Shown: positions 18,936 through 29,640 of the stretch, piece by piece
Position numbering within the stretch: the stretch's first letter is position 1
Layout: each line of letters starts with the position of its first letter
Assembly: GCA_963836175.1 (NCBI GenBank)
Contig: CAWIIS010000008.1
Span: forward strand, 1,025,862-1,089,861
From: Nitrospirota bacterium
GTDB taxonomy: Bacteria; Nitrospirota; UBA9217
Direction of reading: 5' to 3'
Length of the DNA stretch: 64,000 nucleotides
The notes under the pieces: model-generated
Seen by the model: the letters and a program-made list of their open reading frames with translations, nothing else
Databases searched by the model: none
What the model was told of the DNA's origin: nothing
Translations under genes and position numbers: made by a program

Positions 18936-18960
18936 ATTTTTCCGCAGAGCGAAAGAAAAG

Positions 18961-19078
18961 AGAAATAACAAATCCCAAATACCAAATAATATTCAAATGT
19001 CAAATTCCAACAGCCAAACGTTTGGAATTTGACGCTTGGTTATTGATGTTTATTGGTAATTTGGTGCTTGTATTTGCT
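18961..19078. repeat. A/C-rich 7-bp-periodic array (CCAAATA-type) folded as a long imperfect inverted repeat upstream of dnaE
   Basis: Perfect 11-bp arms GTCAAATTCCA (18999-19009) and TGGAATTTGAC (19023-19033), with degenerate complementary extensions on both sides. Confidence 0.65.
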
Positions 19079-19087
19079 TCTCATGCT

Positions 19088-22000
19088 ATGCCTCATGCCG
19101 ATTTCGTCCACCTGCATCTCCACACCGAATACAGCCTGCTCGACGGCGCCAACTCTCTCGATGGACTGATAAAGAAGGCTGTTGAACTGCGCATGCCTGC
19201 TGTCGCGGTCACGGACCACGGCAACCTGTTTGCCGCCCTGGATTTCTACCTGAAGGCCACCAAAGCCGGGATCAAGCCCATCATCGGCTGCGAGATGTAC
19301 GTTGCTCCCGGCTCCCGCTTCGAAAAATCCGGCACCGCAGGCCAGCACGATGAAAGCTTCTACCACCTCATCCTTCTGGCCCGGAACAAACAGGGATACA
19401 AAAATCTCGTTAAACTCGTTACCAAGGGCTACCTCGAAGGATTTTACTACAAACCCCGCATCGACAAGGAACTGCTCCGCCAGCACAGCGACGGACTTAT
19501 CGGCATGTCGGCGTGCCTCTCCGGGTGAGATCCCCCGTCTTCTGCTCCAGGGGCGGTACGAGGATGCAAAAAAAGCGGCTCTTGATTACCAGAGCATTCT
19601 CGGGAAGGAGAACTTTTATTTCGAGCTTCAGGACAACGGCATTCCGGAGCAGGAGCAGGCGAATCGTGAACTGATCCGGCTGTCGCAACGATACGGGCAT
19701 CCCCCTGGTGGCCACGAACGACTGCCACTACCTGAACATGGAGGACCACAAATCCCACGATGCCCTGCTCTGCATCCAGACCGGCAAGATCGTAAAGGAC
19801 GCGAACCGGCATGAAGTTCTCGTCCGAGACCTTCTACGTGAAGACTCCCGAGGAAATGAAGAAGGCCTTTGCCTATGTACCCGAAGCTATTTCGAACACC
19901 ATCGCCATTGCCGAGCGCTGCAATCTTGAAATGGAGCTCGGCAAGTACCACCTCCCCCACTTTCCCGTGCCCGAAGGCGCTACGCGCGAATCCTACATGG
20001 CGGAACTGAGCCGCACGGGGCTGGAAGAGCGGTTCGCGGAGATCGAGGCGGTGCGCGGCGCAGGGAGCATCGACCGCGAGGCATATAAAAAGAGGCTGGA
20101 GTTCGAGATCGAAATGCTCGGCAAAATGGGCTTTGCCGGGTACTTCCTGATCGTCTGGGATTTCATCCGGTATGCCAAAGAACAGGACATTCCCGTGGGA
20201 CCGGGCCGCGGCTCCGCTGCCGGCAGCCTGGTCGCCTATTCGCTCCGGATCACGGACCTGGACCCCATTCCCTACAATCTTCTGTTCGAGCGGTTTCTGA
20301 ACCCCGAACGCATCAGCATGCCTGACATCGACGTGGATTTCTGCATGGACCGCCGCGACGAGGTGCTGAAATATGTGACTGAAAAGTACGGTCAGGACCA
20401 TGTGACCCAGATCATCACCTACGGCACCATGCTTGCCAAAGGCGTGATCCGGGACGTGGGCCGGGTGCTCGATATCCCCTACGCGGAAGTGGACAAGGTC
20501 GCCAAACTGGTGCCGAATACGCTGGGCATCACGCTTGAAAAGGCCATGGAACAGGAACCGAAGCTCCGGGAACTCAAAAAGGACCCGCGCATGGCCGAGT
20601 TGATCGAGATCGCGCTCAATCTCGAGGGCCAGGTCAGACATGCATCGAAGCACGCTGCAGGCGTCGTGATTTCCCAGGAGCCGCTTACCGAGTATCTTCC
20701 CCTCTTCAAGACGCCCAAGGACGAGATCACCACCCAGTTTGACATGAAGGGCGTGGAAAAGATCGGTCTGGTCAAGTTCGACTTCCTCGGCCTGCGTACG
20801 CTCACCGTGATCCACAAGGCCGTCGAAACGATCAACCAGCGGCTGTCCAAGGCGCCATTAGCCAATGCTGAGCAGTTTTCGATCAGCCGCATTCCCTTTG
20901 ACGACGCCAAAACCTATGAGCTCCTGTCGCGCGGTGAGACCGCAGGCATCTTCCAGCTGGAATCCTCGGGCATGACCGACATCGTGGTCAAAATGAAGCC
21001 GCAGTGTTTCGAGGACCTCATCGCGCTTGTCGCCCTCTACCGCCCGGGCCCGCTCCAGAGCGGCATGGTGGACGACTTCATCAAACGCAAGAAGGGCTCG
21101 ACCAAGATCACCTACGAACTGCCCGAGCTCGAACCGATCCTGAAAGACACCTATGGGGTCATCGTGTACCAGGAGCAGGTGATGCAGATCGCCCGCACCC
21201 TGGCAGGCTATTCCCTCGGCGGCGCGGACCTGCTCAGCCGCGCCATGGGGAAAAAAGATCCCGAGGTCATGGCCAAGGAAAAGGTGCCGTTCCTGAAGGG
21301 CGCCGAGAAGCTGGGAATAAATCTCAAAAAAGCCGAAGCCATTTTCGACCTCATGGCGAAGTTTGCCGAGTACGGATTCAACAAGTCCCATAGCGCCGCC
21401 TACGCGCTTGTCTCCTACCAGACCGCCTACCTGAAGGCGCATTATCCGGTCGAGTACATGGCCTCCCTGCTCACGAGCGAGGTCCAGGATACGGACAAGG
21501 TGGTCAAATATATTTATGCGGTGCGCCAGATGGGCATTACGATCCTGCCGCCGGACGTTAACCAGAGCATGTGGGACTTCACCGTTGTGGAGGCCCATGA
21601 CCGGGAGAACATAGAGCCGGGCAGCAACATCGGTTCGATCCGCTTTGGCCTTGCGGCGGTCAAGAACGTCGGCATTTCCGCGATCGAGGCCATTGTCGAG
21701 GCCAGGGAGAAAAAAGGCCTGTTCACGTCCCTGATGGATTTCTGCAACAAGGTGGACCAGCGAAAAGTAAACCGGCGCGTGATGGAGGCGCTCATCAAGT
21801 GCGGGGCCTTCGACGGCACCGGCAGCCGCCGTGCCCAGATGTTCGAAGGCCTTGATATGGTCATTGACCAGGGCGGCAAGCATCAGGAGCAGGAGGCCAT
21901 CGGCCAGTTCAGCATCTTCGGTTCCCTGGAAGGCCAGAAGGAAATAGCGCTGCCCAATGTGCCGGAGTGGAAGGAAAACCAGCTCCTGGCGCATGAAAAA

Positions 22001-22611
22001 GAGAGCGTGGGGTTCTATATCAGCGGCCATCCCCTGGCCGCCTTCGAAGCGGACATCAAACGCTACGCCACGGCCACTACCGAAACGCTTGAGGGCGTCC
22101 AGGACGGCAAGGAAGTGACGATCTGCGGGATCATTGCCGGAATGAAGATCAAAGGTAACGAAGAAGAGCCAGGAAAAAATGGCGATCCTTGATCTGGAGG
22201 ACCTTTCCGGAGCAGTGGAAGTGGTCGTGTTCCCGGACCTCTACAAATCTTCCCAGCATCTGCTTCTGACGGACACCCCGCTGATCGTTGCCGGGACGCT
22301 CGACAAGAGCGAACAGGGAAACAAGATCAAGGCCGTGCGCCTGCACCTGCTTGACGGAGGTAAAAAAACGCGGCACGACCCGGATGGATATCCGCTTCAG
22401 CGCAACGGGCCTGACACAGGACGATCTGCTCAAAGTAAAGGATATCCTTCTCCGCTATCAGGGGACGATCCCCGTTTATCTTCGGCTTCAGAACCCCACC
22501 CGCAAGGATTCTCTCATTTCCGTTGGAAAAGAGGTCCGCGTGAATCCTTCGGAGCAGCTCATCAGTGAGATCGAGGCCGTGCTGGGCGCCGGCGCCGTCT
22601 CGCTGGCTTAG
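19088..22611 (+). CDS. dnaE: DNA polymerase III alpha subunit, 5 frame breaks in this assembly
   Basis: PHP domain start MPHADFVHLHLHTEYSLLDG. The conserved sequence continues through frames 2,0,1,2,0,1, with junctions at G-runs near 19523-19525, 19695-19697, 19806-19809, 22154-22155 and 22356-22357. Confidence 0.93.
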
Positions 22612-22702
22612 CTGCATGATCACAAGGGTCTGCACCATTTATGACGAGCAGCATTATTGAAACCCGAGGATACGGACGCTGCCGGCGCTCATCAAAGTTA
22701 AA

Positions 22703-23075
22703 ATGAAAAAATTCCAGGAACTGGACACCTTCACGAGGCGTGATGTAGAAGAAGCACTCAGGAGAGATGCGGATGACGAGATCTCCTTTGTGCCGCTCAC
22801 AGTCGCGCTTGTCGCGACCGACCCTAGCCTATGCGCAGCAGGTCTGCCTGAAGTTTGCTGCAGACCACCGGCCCATGGTGCGCGGCAACGCCCTCGACAG
22901 CCTGGGCCATATTGCAAGACGATTTCGCACCCTTGATGAGCTGCCGGTCAAGCTGGCCATCGAAGCCGGGCTTGTAGATAACGATGATCATGTGCGGCTT
23001 TCGGCGAAATCCGCGGCTGATGAGATCCATCAATTTCTCGGATGGACCTTTCAAAACCATGCCTACGGCATCTGA
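22703..23075 (+). CDS. Small HEAT-repeat-like protein, one frame break near 22815-22835
   Basis: The N-terminal part MKKFQELDTFTRRDVEEAL... is in one frame and ...HRPMVRGNALDSLGHIARRF...DDHVRLSAKSAADE in the +1 frame. Confidence 0.5.
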
Positions 23076-23151
23076 TCTCAGGATTGAGCCCAACCCGCCG
23101 CGCGTCAGCGCCGATCTGCGGTATTGAATCAGTGATCATAACGGAGGGTTC

Positions 23152-23823
23152 ATGAGTACGATCAACGAATACTTTGAGCAGTGCGCCTTGATCTCGCTTG
23201 AAAAACAGGCAAAATTCGAGCAACTTGCCGGAGAATATTTTGCGGAATTCGATCTCGATGCCGGCATAGTCAAGATCGACAATGATCTTGCTTTTCCGTT
23301 CCAGGTGCTCGGTACGCAGTCAGATAATACCCTCACCTGGCTGTGGGCATGGTCCGAGGAACATGCGGATGTTCAGCCTGAACTGCTGGCTGCGGCACGA
23401 AAACTGAAGAAATGGGGGGCGAATAATGGCATTGAAGAGTTCTGCCTGCCCGAGATTGATATCGAGCGTGCCGATGGAATGATGATATCGCTCATCGCTG
23501 CCGAGGTATGCAAAGCGAGTTGTTATTACCGGGACGCCTATGAGGGGGGCTCGGCGTTCGTGCTGCTTTCCGGGTCGGGCATTGACCATCAGCCGGCCTT
23601 CGATCTGTCCGGACTCCTGAAAGCCTTCATCGATTTTGCCTCACGCTATGACATCAACCACCGGAACGTGTTGCTGTCCTACCTCCGGATGAAGGGTCTT
23701 CCCTTGGTAGAGGATGGCGCCATGATCATTGGCAAGCTCGAATCCGGAGAGGATCTCCGGATGGAATTCGGCGGCAGCGGCCCCATCGTGTCACTGAACG
23801 GAGAATCTTTTTCCCTTCAATAA
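23152..23823 (+). CDS. Hypothetical protein
   Basis: 223-aa intact ORF with no motif I can assign with confidence. Confidence 0.55.
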   Translation: MSTINEYFEQCALISLEKQAKFEQLAGEYFAEFDLDAGIVKIDNDLAFPFQVLGTQSDNTLTWLWAWSEEHADVQPELLAAARKLKKWGANNGIEEFCLPEIDIERADGMMISLIAAEVCKASCYYRDAYEGGSAFVLLSGSGIDHQPAFDLSGLLKAFIDFASRYDINHRNVLLSYLRMKGLPLVEDGAMIIGKLESGEDLRMEFGGSGPIVSLNGESFSLQ

Positions 23824-24024
23824 TACCTCTTATAATGCTTTCTGTAAGCGAAGGATTCGTTCTACAGCCTCTTCCTGAACCACTCACCAATCTCTCCTCC
23901 CGCCTTCTCGATTTCAGGAGCCGGATGCTGTACCGAGGGTTGGTTTCTCTGAAGCCTTGACAATATAAGCTATTTCACGGTATTCTGCGACAGTCAATAA
24001 AACACTGCTGAGGAGCTACAAAAC

Positions 24025-24813
24025 ATGCATCTGCTCGACACCCTTGAAAAAAAATTCCGCCGCTATGCCATTTCGAACATCACCATCTATCTTATCGCAG
24101 GCCAGGTGCTTTTTTTTATGTTTGCCGTGTCCGGCCGGTTCATTCTCGAGCGTGTTCTCCTCATTCCGGAACTTGTTTTGGCGGGCGAATGGTGGAGGCT
24201 TATCACCTTTCTGTTCATTCCACCGGCAAAGAATCCGATCTTTGTTTTTTTTGCTTGGTATCTGTTCTATCTGATGGGCGGCGCGCTGGAAGGTCACTGG
24301 GGCGCTTTCCGATACAATGTCTTTCTGTTGGTCGGGTATATCGTGACCGTAGCGGCATCGTTTTTCATGCCGATGTTCCCTGCAACAAATGTATTCATCG
24401 GAGGTTCAGTGTTTCTTGCTTTCGCCTTCCTCTATCCCGACTTTGTTCTCTATATCTTCTTAATTCTTCCGGTAAAGATCAAATGGCTTGCTTTGCTTAC
24501 CTGGATCGGCTATGCGTATCAGGTCCTGTTTGGAAGTTGGTCAACGCGTCTGTTGGTGCTCGCTTCTCTCAGCAACTTTCTACTGTTTTTCGGCAAGGAC
24601 ATATACTGGAGGATGAAAACGGGGAAAAAACGCATGGCCACACAGGTCCGGGAATATTCCGGAAAGAAGGAAGCATTCCATACCTGCGCGGTCTGCGGCA
24701 TCACCGACCTGTCCCATCCGGCCATGGAGTTCCGGTATTGCCCGGACTGCGGCGGGCAGGGATACTGCATTGACCATATCTTTAATCACGAACACGCAAA
24801 AAAAGTGCAATAG
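24025..24813 (+). CDS. Rhomboid-like membrane protein with C-terminal zinc-ribbon
   Basis: WWRLITFLF and GGALEGHWG resemble rhomboid TM2 motifs, and GGS occurs in a TM helix. The C-terminus has CAVCG...CPDCGGQGYCIDH. Confidence 0.55.
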   Translation: MHLLDTLEKKFRRYAISNITIYLIAGQVLFFMFAVSGRFILERVLLIPELVLAGEWWRLITFLFIPPAKNPIFVFFAWYLFYLMGGALEGHWGAFRYNVFLLVGYIVTVAASFFMPMFPATNVFIGGSVFLAFAFLYPDFVLYIFLILPVKIKWLALLTWIGYAYQVLFGSWSTRLLVLASLSNFLLFFGKDIYWRMKTGKKRMATQVREYSGKKEAFHTCAVCGITDLSHPAMEFRYCPDCGGQGYCIDHIFNHEHAKKVQ

Positions 24814-24993
24814 AACAGGTAGGCACGGCGGGAACATAAGCTTGCTGGCTGCATTGATAGCAGCCCGATCCGGGGAGGACTTCGTGAAGGGTGAATACTC
24901 GGCATGCCGGATGGTTCAGCATGCCGTATGAGGTTTAGTCCGACATGAAACAATTAGGTCAACAGGTATGTGTCGGGCAATGACGCTTCGCGA

Positions 24994-26412
24994 TCAGGCG
25001 GAATTCTTTACCGGAATCTTGATCCGTTGTCCGATGCTGAGCAGTTTGCCGCGCCGGAGGTTATTCGCTTCAAGGATCTTGTCCAAGCTCGTCCGGTAGC
25101 GGAGTGCCAGGAGCGACAGCGTCTCGCCACGTCTCACGCGGTGAACGACATATTCCACTTGCGGCGGCGACCATTTAGGCATCTTGTCGAGGCTGGCAAG
25201 CAGTGCCTCACCTTTGCCGGGAGGAACACGAAGCGCATAGTTGGTGTTCGGCGTTGCATCACGCCGCAGCTCAGGGTTCAACGCAGACAGCTCACCCAGC
25301 TCGACGCCGAGTTGCTCAGCCACAGCGCTTAAGTGGACCGGCCGTTCGATCGTCACTGTTTCGTACGGCAGCGGCTGGTCAAGTTCTGTTAGCGTGAAGC
25401 CATACTGTGCCGGGTCATTGATGATTGCCAACACGGCAAGAAATCGGGGTACATAGCGGGAGGTCTCGCGCGGCAGCCGCTCATAGAAGTCCCAGAAGTT
25501 ATCGAGATAATTGACCTTCTGATTCCGGATAACCCGTGCTACCGCTCCTTCTCCGCAATTATACGCTGCGAGAACGGTCGCCCAATCTCCGAACATGTGA
25601 TGGAGCTCATTAAAGTAGGCAATGGCCGCCGCTGTGGCTTTGTCGGGATCGAGCCGCTCGTCGATCCAGGCATTTCTTTTGAGGCCGAACTTGTAGCCGG
25701 TGGAAGGGATGAACTGCCAGAGACCGAACGCACGGGCGCGGGATAATGCCCTGGTCTTGAACCCGCTTTCGATGAGCGGCAGCCAGGACAGCTCTTCGGG
25801 AAGGCCGGCTTCCCTCAATGCCCGTGCCATATCGTTGCGGTATCTTCCTGAGCGTTTATAGGATTCCAGAAAAAAATCGCGTTCCACGGTTTGGAATGAC
25901 TGGAGTTCACGCTTTACATGATTGTTCATCACCATGGGGATGGCATTATAACTTCCCTTGACCGTGGTCTGCCGGGAAGCATACATCTCCAGGATCCTTC
26001 TGGATATCATGAACCGGAGATCTTCTTTTTGCTGCGTGCTATCCTGACTATTGGGGGTCTTTAATATAAGCGCATAGGCCTGATCAAGGGCTTCGATCGC
26101 CTGGTCCATATCATCGTCTTCCCAGTACTTCTGCGCGGTTTCTGTGAAATCCAGCGCCGTATCGAGGAAACCTTGGGCGTCATCTGCCCTGGCTGCGGTT
26201 TTTTCGTCCGGCGCCTCGCCTGTAGCCTCTAATTGTGTTTCATCGGAGTCAGCTTCGGCAGACTGAGGTGAGACCGTTCCATCCTGTTCCTGGACGGCTA
26301 TTTCGGGTGCGATATCCAAGTCCGCAACCCCGGGTGACTTTTGGGCTGCGCAGCCGATCATGGCCATAAATAGAGAGAGTACGAAGATTTGGCGGAAAAG
26401 TAGTGTTTTCAT
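24994..26412 (-). CDS. Lytic transglycosylase (MltD-like) lipoprotein with C-terminal LysM domains
   Basis: Lipobox MAMIGC; SLT catalytic region LPLIESGF...FGLWQF; two LysM-like repeats near the C-terminus. The start is set at the ATG at 26412 (MKTLLF). Confidence 0.85.
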   Translation of the reverse strand: MKTLLFRQIFVLSLFMAMIGCAAQKSPGVADLDIAPEIAVQEQDGTVSPQSAEADSDETQLEATGEAPDEKTAARADDAQGFLDTALDFTETAQKYWEDDDMDQAIEALDQAYALILKTPNSQDSTQQKEDLRFMISRRILEMYASRQTTVKGSYNAIPMVMNNHVKRELQSFQTVERDFFLESYKRSGRYRNDMARALREAGLPEELSWLPLIESGFKTRALSRARAFGLWQFIPSTGYKFGLKRNAWIDERLDPDKATAAAIAYFNELHHMFGDWATVLAAYNCGEGAVARVIRNQKVNYLDNFWDFYERLPRETSRYVPRFLAVLAIINDPAQYGFTLTELDQPLPYETVTIERPVHLSAVAEQLGVELGELSALNPELRRDATPNTNYALRVPPGKGEALLASLDKMPKWSPPQVEYVVHRVRRGETLSLLALRYRTSLDKILEANNLRRGKLLSIGQRIKIPVKNSA

Positions 26413-26554
26413 AATAGGTGATACTAAACGATTACGATATAAAATGCAATTGGTTTTTGATGCAGTGGGATGTTCAATTGCGGAATTCTGAATTCGGAAT
26501 GGTAACCAGGTTGCCCAACAGGGCAGTTTAAAAGTACAAGGGATCAGCAACCTC

Positions 26555-27094
26555 TTAATCCTTTTTTGCCGAACCTTCGAGGTCCTTATTTCCGTCAATG
26601 AACTTCAGATTGAACTTGAACCGGTCGATCTTCCAGCCGCCTTCCCCTTTGACGAGATGGAGATCGTAACTGCCGACGAAGACCCTGGTATTCTGGTTCG
26701 TTGGATTCGGGAGGTAATGATAGGCAATGCCGTAGCAGAACAGGTACGCCTCTTTCCCGTTGCCCGTTACCTGGTAGTTTCCTGCCTGGTGATGGACGGC
26801 CTTGAGGACTTTCAACCCTTGCTCCCACATGTCCGCGATCTGCTGGGGCGTTTTCGTCTCGGGCTTGCCCCCTGCCAGAGGTGTCATGTCAAAGAGTACC
26901 TCCGGAGCGAACACGTCCCTGACGCAGTACCAGTCGCGGTTATCGGTGCAGATAAAGAGCCTGTTCCCGACGGCGATGATGTCGTTCTGGGATTTCAGCC
27001 GCGACAAATCTGTATGGAATCCATTGTGACCGTGATGGACTGGTGCGCAGCCGGCTGCAAGGACCAGGAGCAATACCAGGACGGGTCTTTTCAT
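26555..27094 (-). CDS. NTF2/SnoaL-like lipoprotein
   Basis: AGGAGG RBS, signal/lipobox MKRPVLVLLLVLAAGC and a ~150-aa NTF2-like body. The family assignment is tentative. Confidence 0.6.
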   Translation of the reverse strand: MKRPVLVLLLVLAAGCAPVHHGHNGFHTDLSRLKSQNDIIAVGNRLFICTDNRDWYCVRDVFAPEVLFDMTPLAGGKPETKTPQQIADMWEQGLKVLKAVHHQAGNYQVTGNGKEAYLFCYGIAYHYLPNPTNQNTRVFVGSYDLHLVKGEGGWKIDRFKFNLKFIDGNKDLEGSAKKD

Positions 27095-27210
27095 GACGGA
27101 CCTCCTTATTATTTTTATCTTAGCTCTATCGATTGTTACTTTTTGTGAGCGAGAGGGTTCGGGGGCGTTAAGAATTTCCGCGGGTGCCATGGGGAAGAAA
27201 GATACGCTGA

Positions 27211-27240
27211 TTGACAGATCCTGCAACTGCCTGTTACAAT
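27211..27240 (+). promoter_or_regulatory. sigma70 promoter of prmA
   Basis: TTGACA (27211-27216), an 18-nt spacer, then TACAAT (27235-27240). The ORF-track start at 27211 is this -35 box. Confidence 0.6.
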
Positions 27241-27285
27241 GGCCACGCTAAAATCCTGAAACCGCACAAACAAGAAAGGCCTACC

Positions 27286-28131
27286 TTGCCCTATTACGAG
27301 TTCACCATCCACATACCCGATGCCCATAAAGACGCGCTGATCCAGAAGCTCTCCGAACTCGGCACGCTCGGCGTGATCGAGCAGCGCACTGCGATGATCG
27401 CTTATTTCCCGGCCACGGCGGACATCGATACCATAACGAGCGAATTAAGCGTGATACAGGCCCTCCTCGACTCCTCCGGCCAGGAGCATGTCTCGTTCAA
27501 CCATGTTCTTGTCCCGGACCAGGACTGGAACGCCACCTGGCAGAGATCCTTTACCGCCATCGATATCGGCGAACATTTTACCGTGCTGCCGCCCTGGGAA
27601 CAACCAAAGGACGGCAGGATCAATCTTATCGTCGACCCGGCCATGGCCTTCGGCACCGGCCACCACGGGACCACGCGCTCATGCCTGCTGCTCATGGAAC
27701 GCCTCGCGCCACGAACAAAACAGGAGCGGTTCCTGGACATCGGAACGGGCACGGGGATACTCGCCATAGCAGCGGCAAAGCTCGGATTCAAAGAGGTCCA
27801 TGGCGTGGACACCGATCAGCTTGCCGTGGACGCGGCGATCAAGAACTGCGTCGTGAACAAAACTGAGCAGGTGGAGATCCGGAGCGGCAGCGTGGCTGAC
27901 GTTCACGGCCGGTATGATTTTGTCGCCGCGAACCTTATTTCCCTGGTGCTGGTCAAGCTGGCGCCGGACATTGCCTCGCATTTGGCGCCTTCGGGCATTG
28001 CCGTACTCTCCGGCATGCTCACCGGGCAGGACGAGGAAGTTACCGCTGTAATGAAGCGTGCGGGCCTTGAACTGATGGAAAGACATGTTGACGACAAGTG
28101 GGTCACGACTGCTGTAAAACGACCCAGATAA
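27286..28131 (+). CDS. prmA: Ribosomal protein L11 methyltransferase
   Basis: FGTGHHGTTRSCL and the SAM-binding LDIGTGTGILAIAA motifs are present. The TTG start at 27286 gives the conserved N-terminus (M)PYYEFTIHI. The start is uncertain. Confidence 0.88.
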   Translation: MPYYEFTIHIPDAHKDALIQKLSELGTLGVIEQRTAMIAYFPATADIDTITSELSVIQALLDSSGQEHVSFNHVLVPDQDWNATWQRSFTAIDIGEHFTVLPPWEQPKDGRINLIVDPAMAFGTGHHGTTRSCLLLMERLAPRTKQERFLDIGTGTGILAIAAAKLGFKEVHGVDTDQLAVDAAIKNCVVNKTEQVEIRSGSVADVHGRYDFVAANLISLVLVKLAPDIASHLAPSGIAVLSGMLTGQDEEVTAVMKRAGLELMERHVDDKWVTTAVKRPR

Positions 28132-28147
28132 AAGTCAGAAGACCACA

Positions 28148-28176
28148 TTTACATTTACCAAATGCTCGTCTATAAT
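28148..28176 (+). promoter_or_regulatory. sigma70 promoter giving a leaderless or near-leaderless mRNA
   Basis: TTTACA (28148-28153), a 17-nt spacer, then TATAAT (28171-28176). The ATG at 28184 is only 7 nt after the -10 box, and there is no RBS. Confidence 0.55.
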
Positions 28177-28183
28177 TTGTTGC

Positions 28184-29119
28184 ATGAACCTATTCCGACT
28201 TTTCTTTTTCCTTCTCTCCCTGCTGATCATTTCTTTTTCCGGCACGTCACTCTTTCCAGCGAAAGCGCTTGCGACATCCGATTATGCACAGCAGACGGGT
28301 TTTGAATGCGCCAAGTGTCACGTTGACACTATCGGCGGCGGGAATCTCACGATTGCGGGGGAACAGTTCCTGTCCGAACTGAAGACAAAGGGACAATACC
28401 GTCAGCTGACGACAACGCAGCACACTGTTCGGCTCCTTATCGGCTACTTCCACCTTCTGGCGGCTATCGCCTGGTTCGGGACCATCATATACGTCCATGT
28501 GCTCCTGAAACCTGCCTATGCTTCCAAAGGCCTGCCCCGGGGCGAGCTCCGGCTCGGCATGCTGTCCATGGTCGTTATCCTGGTGACTGGCATACTTCTG
28601 ACCATTGCTCGCATGCCGAATCTTGAATCCTTTTACACCACCCGGTTCGGGATACTACTGAGCATCAAAATAATCTTGTTTTTTGTCATGCTCACGAGTG
28701 CTTTGATCACTGCCACCTACATCGGGCCGAGGCTGCGCCAAAAACTGAAAAGCCCGGTCGCAGCGCTCATTTCCAATGAAATAACCGCGGAGCAGCTTTC
28801 CCATTTCGACGGAAAAGAAGGCAGGCCGGCTTACATCAGCTACAAAGGCATGGTATACAACATGACGAACAACAGGCTCTGGAAGAACGGAGCGCATATG
28901 GTGAAACATATTGCAGGAAACGACCTGACCGGGGCACTCAAGACCGCACCCCATGGCGAGGACAAGATCCTGGCCATGCCACAGGTGGGAATGCTCGTCA
29001 CCACTGAAAGAAGACCGGAGAAACCCTTCCATGAGCGGCTCTTCTATTTCTTCGCCTATATGAACCTCGCTCTTGTATTTGTAATCGTGTTCGTCATCTC
29101 CCTCTGGCGCTGGTGGTGA
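28184..29119 (+). CDS. Membrane redox protein: signal peptide + CxxCH heme-c motif + CopD-like 4-TM core + cytochrome b5-like heme/steroid-binding domain + C-terminal TM
   Basis: CAKCH at residues ~43-47; TM block HLLAAIAWFGTIIYVH...; b5-like segment ITAEQLSHFDGKEGRPAYISYKGMVYNMT...HGEDKIL. Confidence 0.6.
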   Translation: MNLFRLFFFLLSLLIISFSGTSLFPAKALATSDYAQQTGFECAKCHVDTIGGGNLTIAGEQFLSELKTKGQYRQLTTTQHTVRLLIGYFHLLAAIAWFGTIIYVHVLLKPAYASKGLPRGELRLGMLSMVVILVTGILLTIARMPNLESFYTTRFGILLSIKIILFFVMLTSALITATYIGPRLRQKLKSPVAALISNEITAEQLSHFDGKEGRPAYISYKGMVYNMTNNRLWKNGAHMVKHIAGNDLTGALKTAPHGEDKILAMPQVGMLVTTERRPEKPFHERLFYFFAYMNLALVFVIVFVISLWRWW

Positions 29120-29235
29120 CCCTATGATGCATGTCATACCACGCTTCTCCTCCTCATGCTATAAATAATCATGAACCTGACCACCGATAGAGCGAATCAC
29201 TCATTCACCGATTTACCCCGACAAGGAGCGTAACC

Positions 29236-29550
29236 ATGGAAACGATCGACCTCAAAAAAGCGATAAAGTTTACCCCCAACCGGATCTCTCGGGAAATGCT
29301 GTCGGACAAGCCGGAGATGCGTGTTGCGCTCATGTGCCTGGAAGCCGGTCAGAAGCTTGACCCGCATAAGGCCCCGCTGCGGCTCATGATGTACTGTGTC
29401 GAAGGCAAGGGCACCTTCACCGTGGGCGAGGAAAAGGTCGAGGCGGATGAAAAGACCTGCATCCTCTGCGAACCCAACGTCCTGCACGGGTTTGCCGCGG
29501 ACAAGGGCGAAAAACTCGTGGTGATGGCCATCGTAACGCCGGTAGATTAG
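29236..29550 (+). CDS. Cupin domain protein
   Basis: 104 aa with cupin-like H-containing beta-strand motifs (LDPHKAP...VEGKGTF...HGF). Confidence 0.7.
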   Translation: METIDLKKAIKFTPNRISREMLSDKPEMRVALMCLEAGQKLDPHKAPLRLMMYCVEGKGTFTVGEEKVEADEKTCILCEPNVLHGFAADKGEKLVVMAIVTPVD

Positions 29551-29640
29551 TTAGGTTTATCATGGTGTTAGCGCTATGAATCGGCCGCGGATACGGGAGC
29601 AGTAAGGTCACTTAATATCATTAACGACTACGTTTTTTTA

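Noticed and set aside
19628-22030. Two long minus-strand ORFs (395 aa and 390 aa) antisense to dnaE.
   Set aside because: They are shadow ORFs opposite a strongly supported gene in GC-rich sequence. Their composition is Arg/Gly/His-rich and low-complexity, with no motifs or RBS.
19500-22400. Programmed ribosomal frameshifting as an explanation for the dnaE breaks.
   Set aside because: Programmed frameshifting is known for dnaX, not dnaE. Five consecutive +1 shifts, with similar breaks in at least 14 other unrelated genes, fit indel errors far better.
27211-27285. The ORF-track start of prmA at 27211.
   Set aside because: The TTG at 27211 is the first triplet of a TTGACA -35 box with a matching TACAAT 18 nt downstream. 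The conserved PrmA N-terminus begins at the TTG at 27286.
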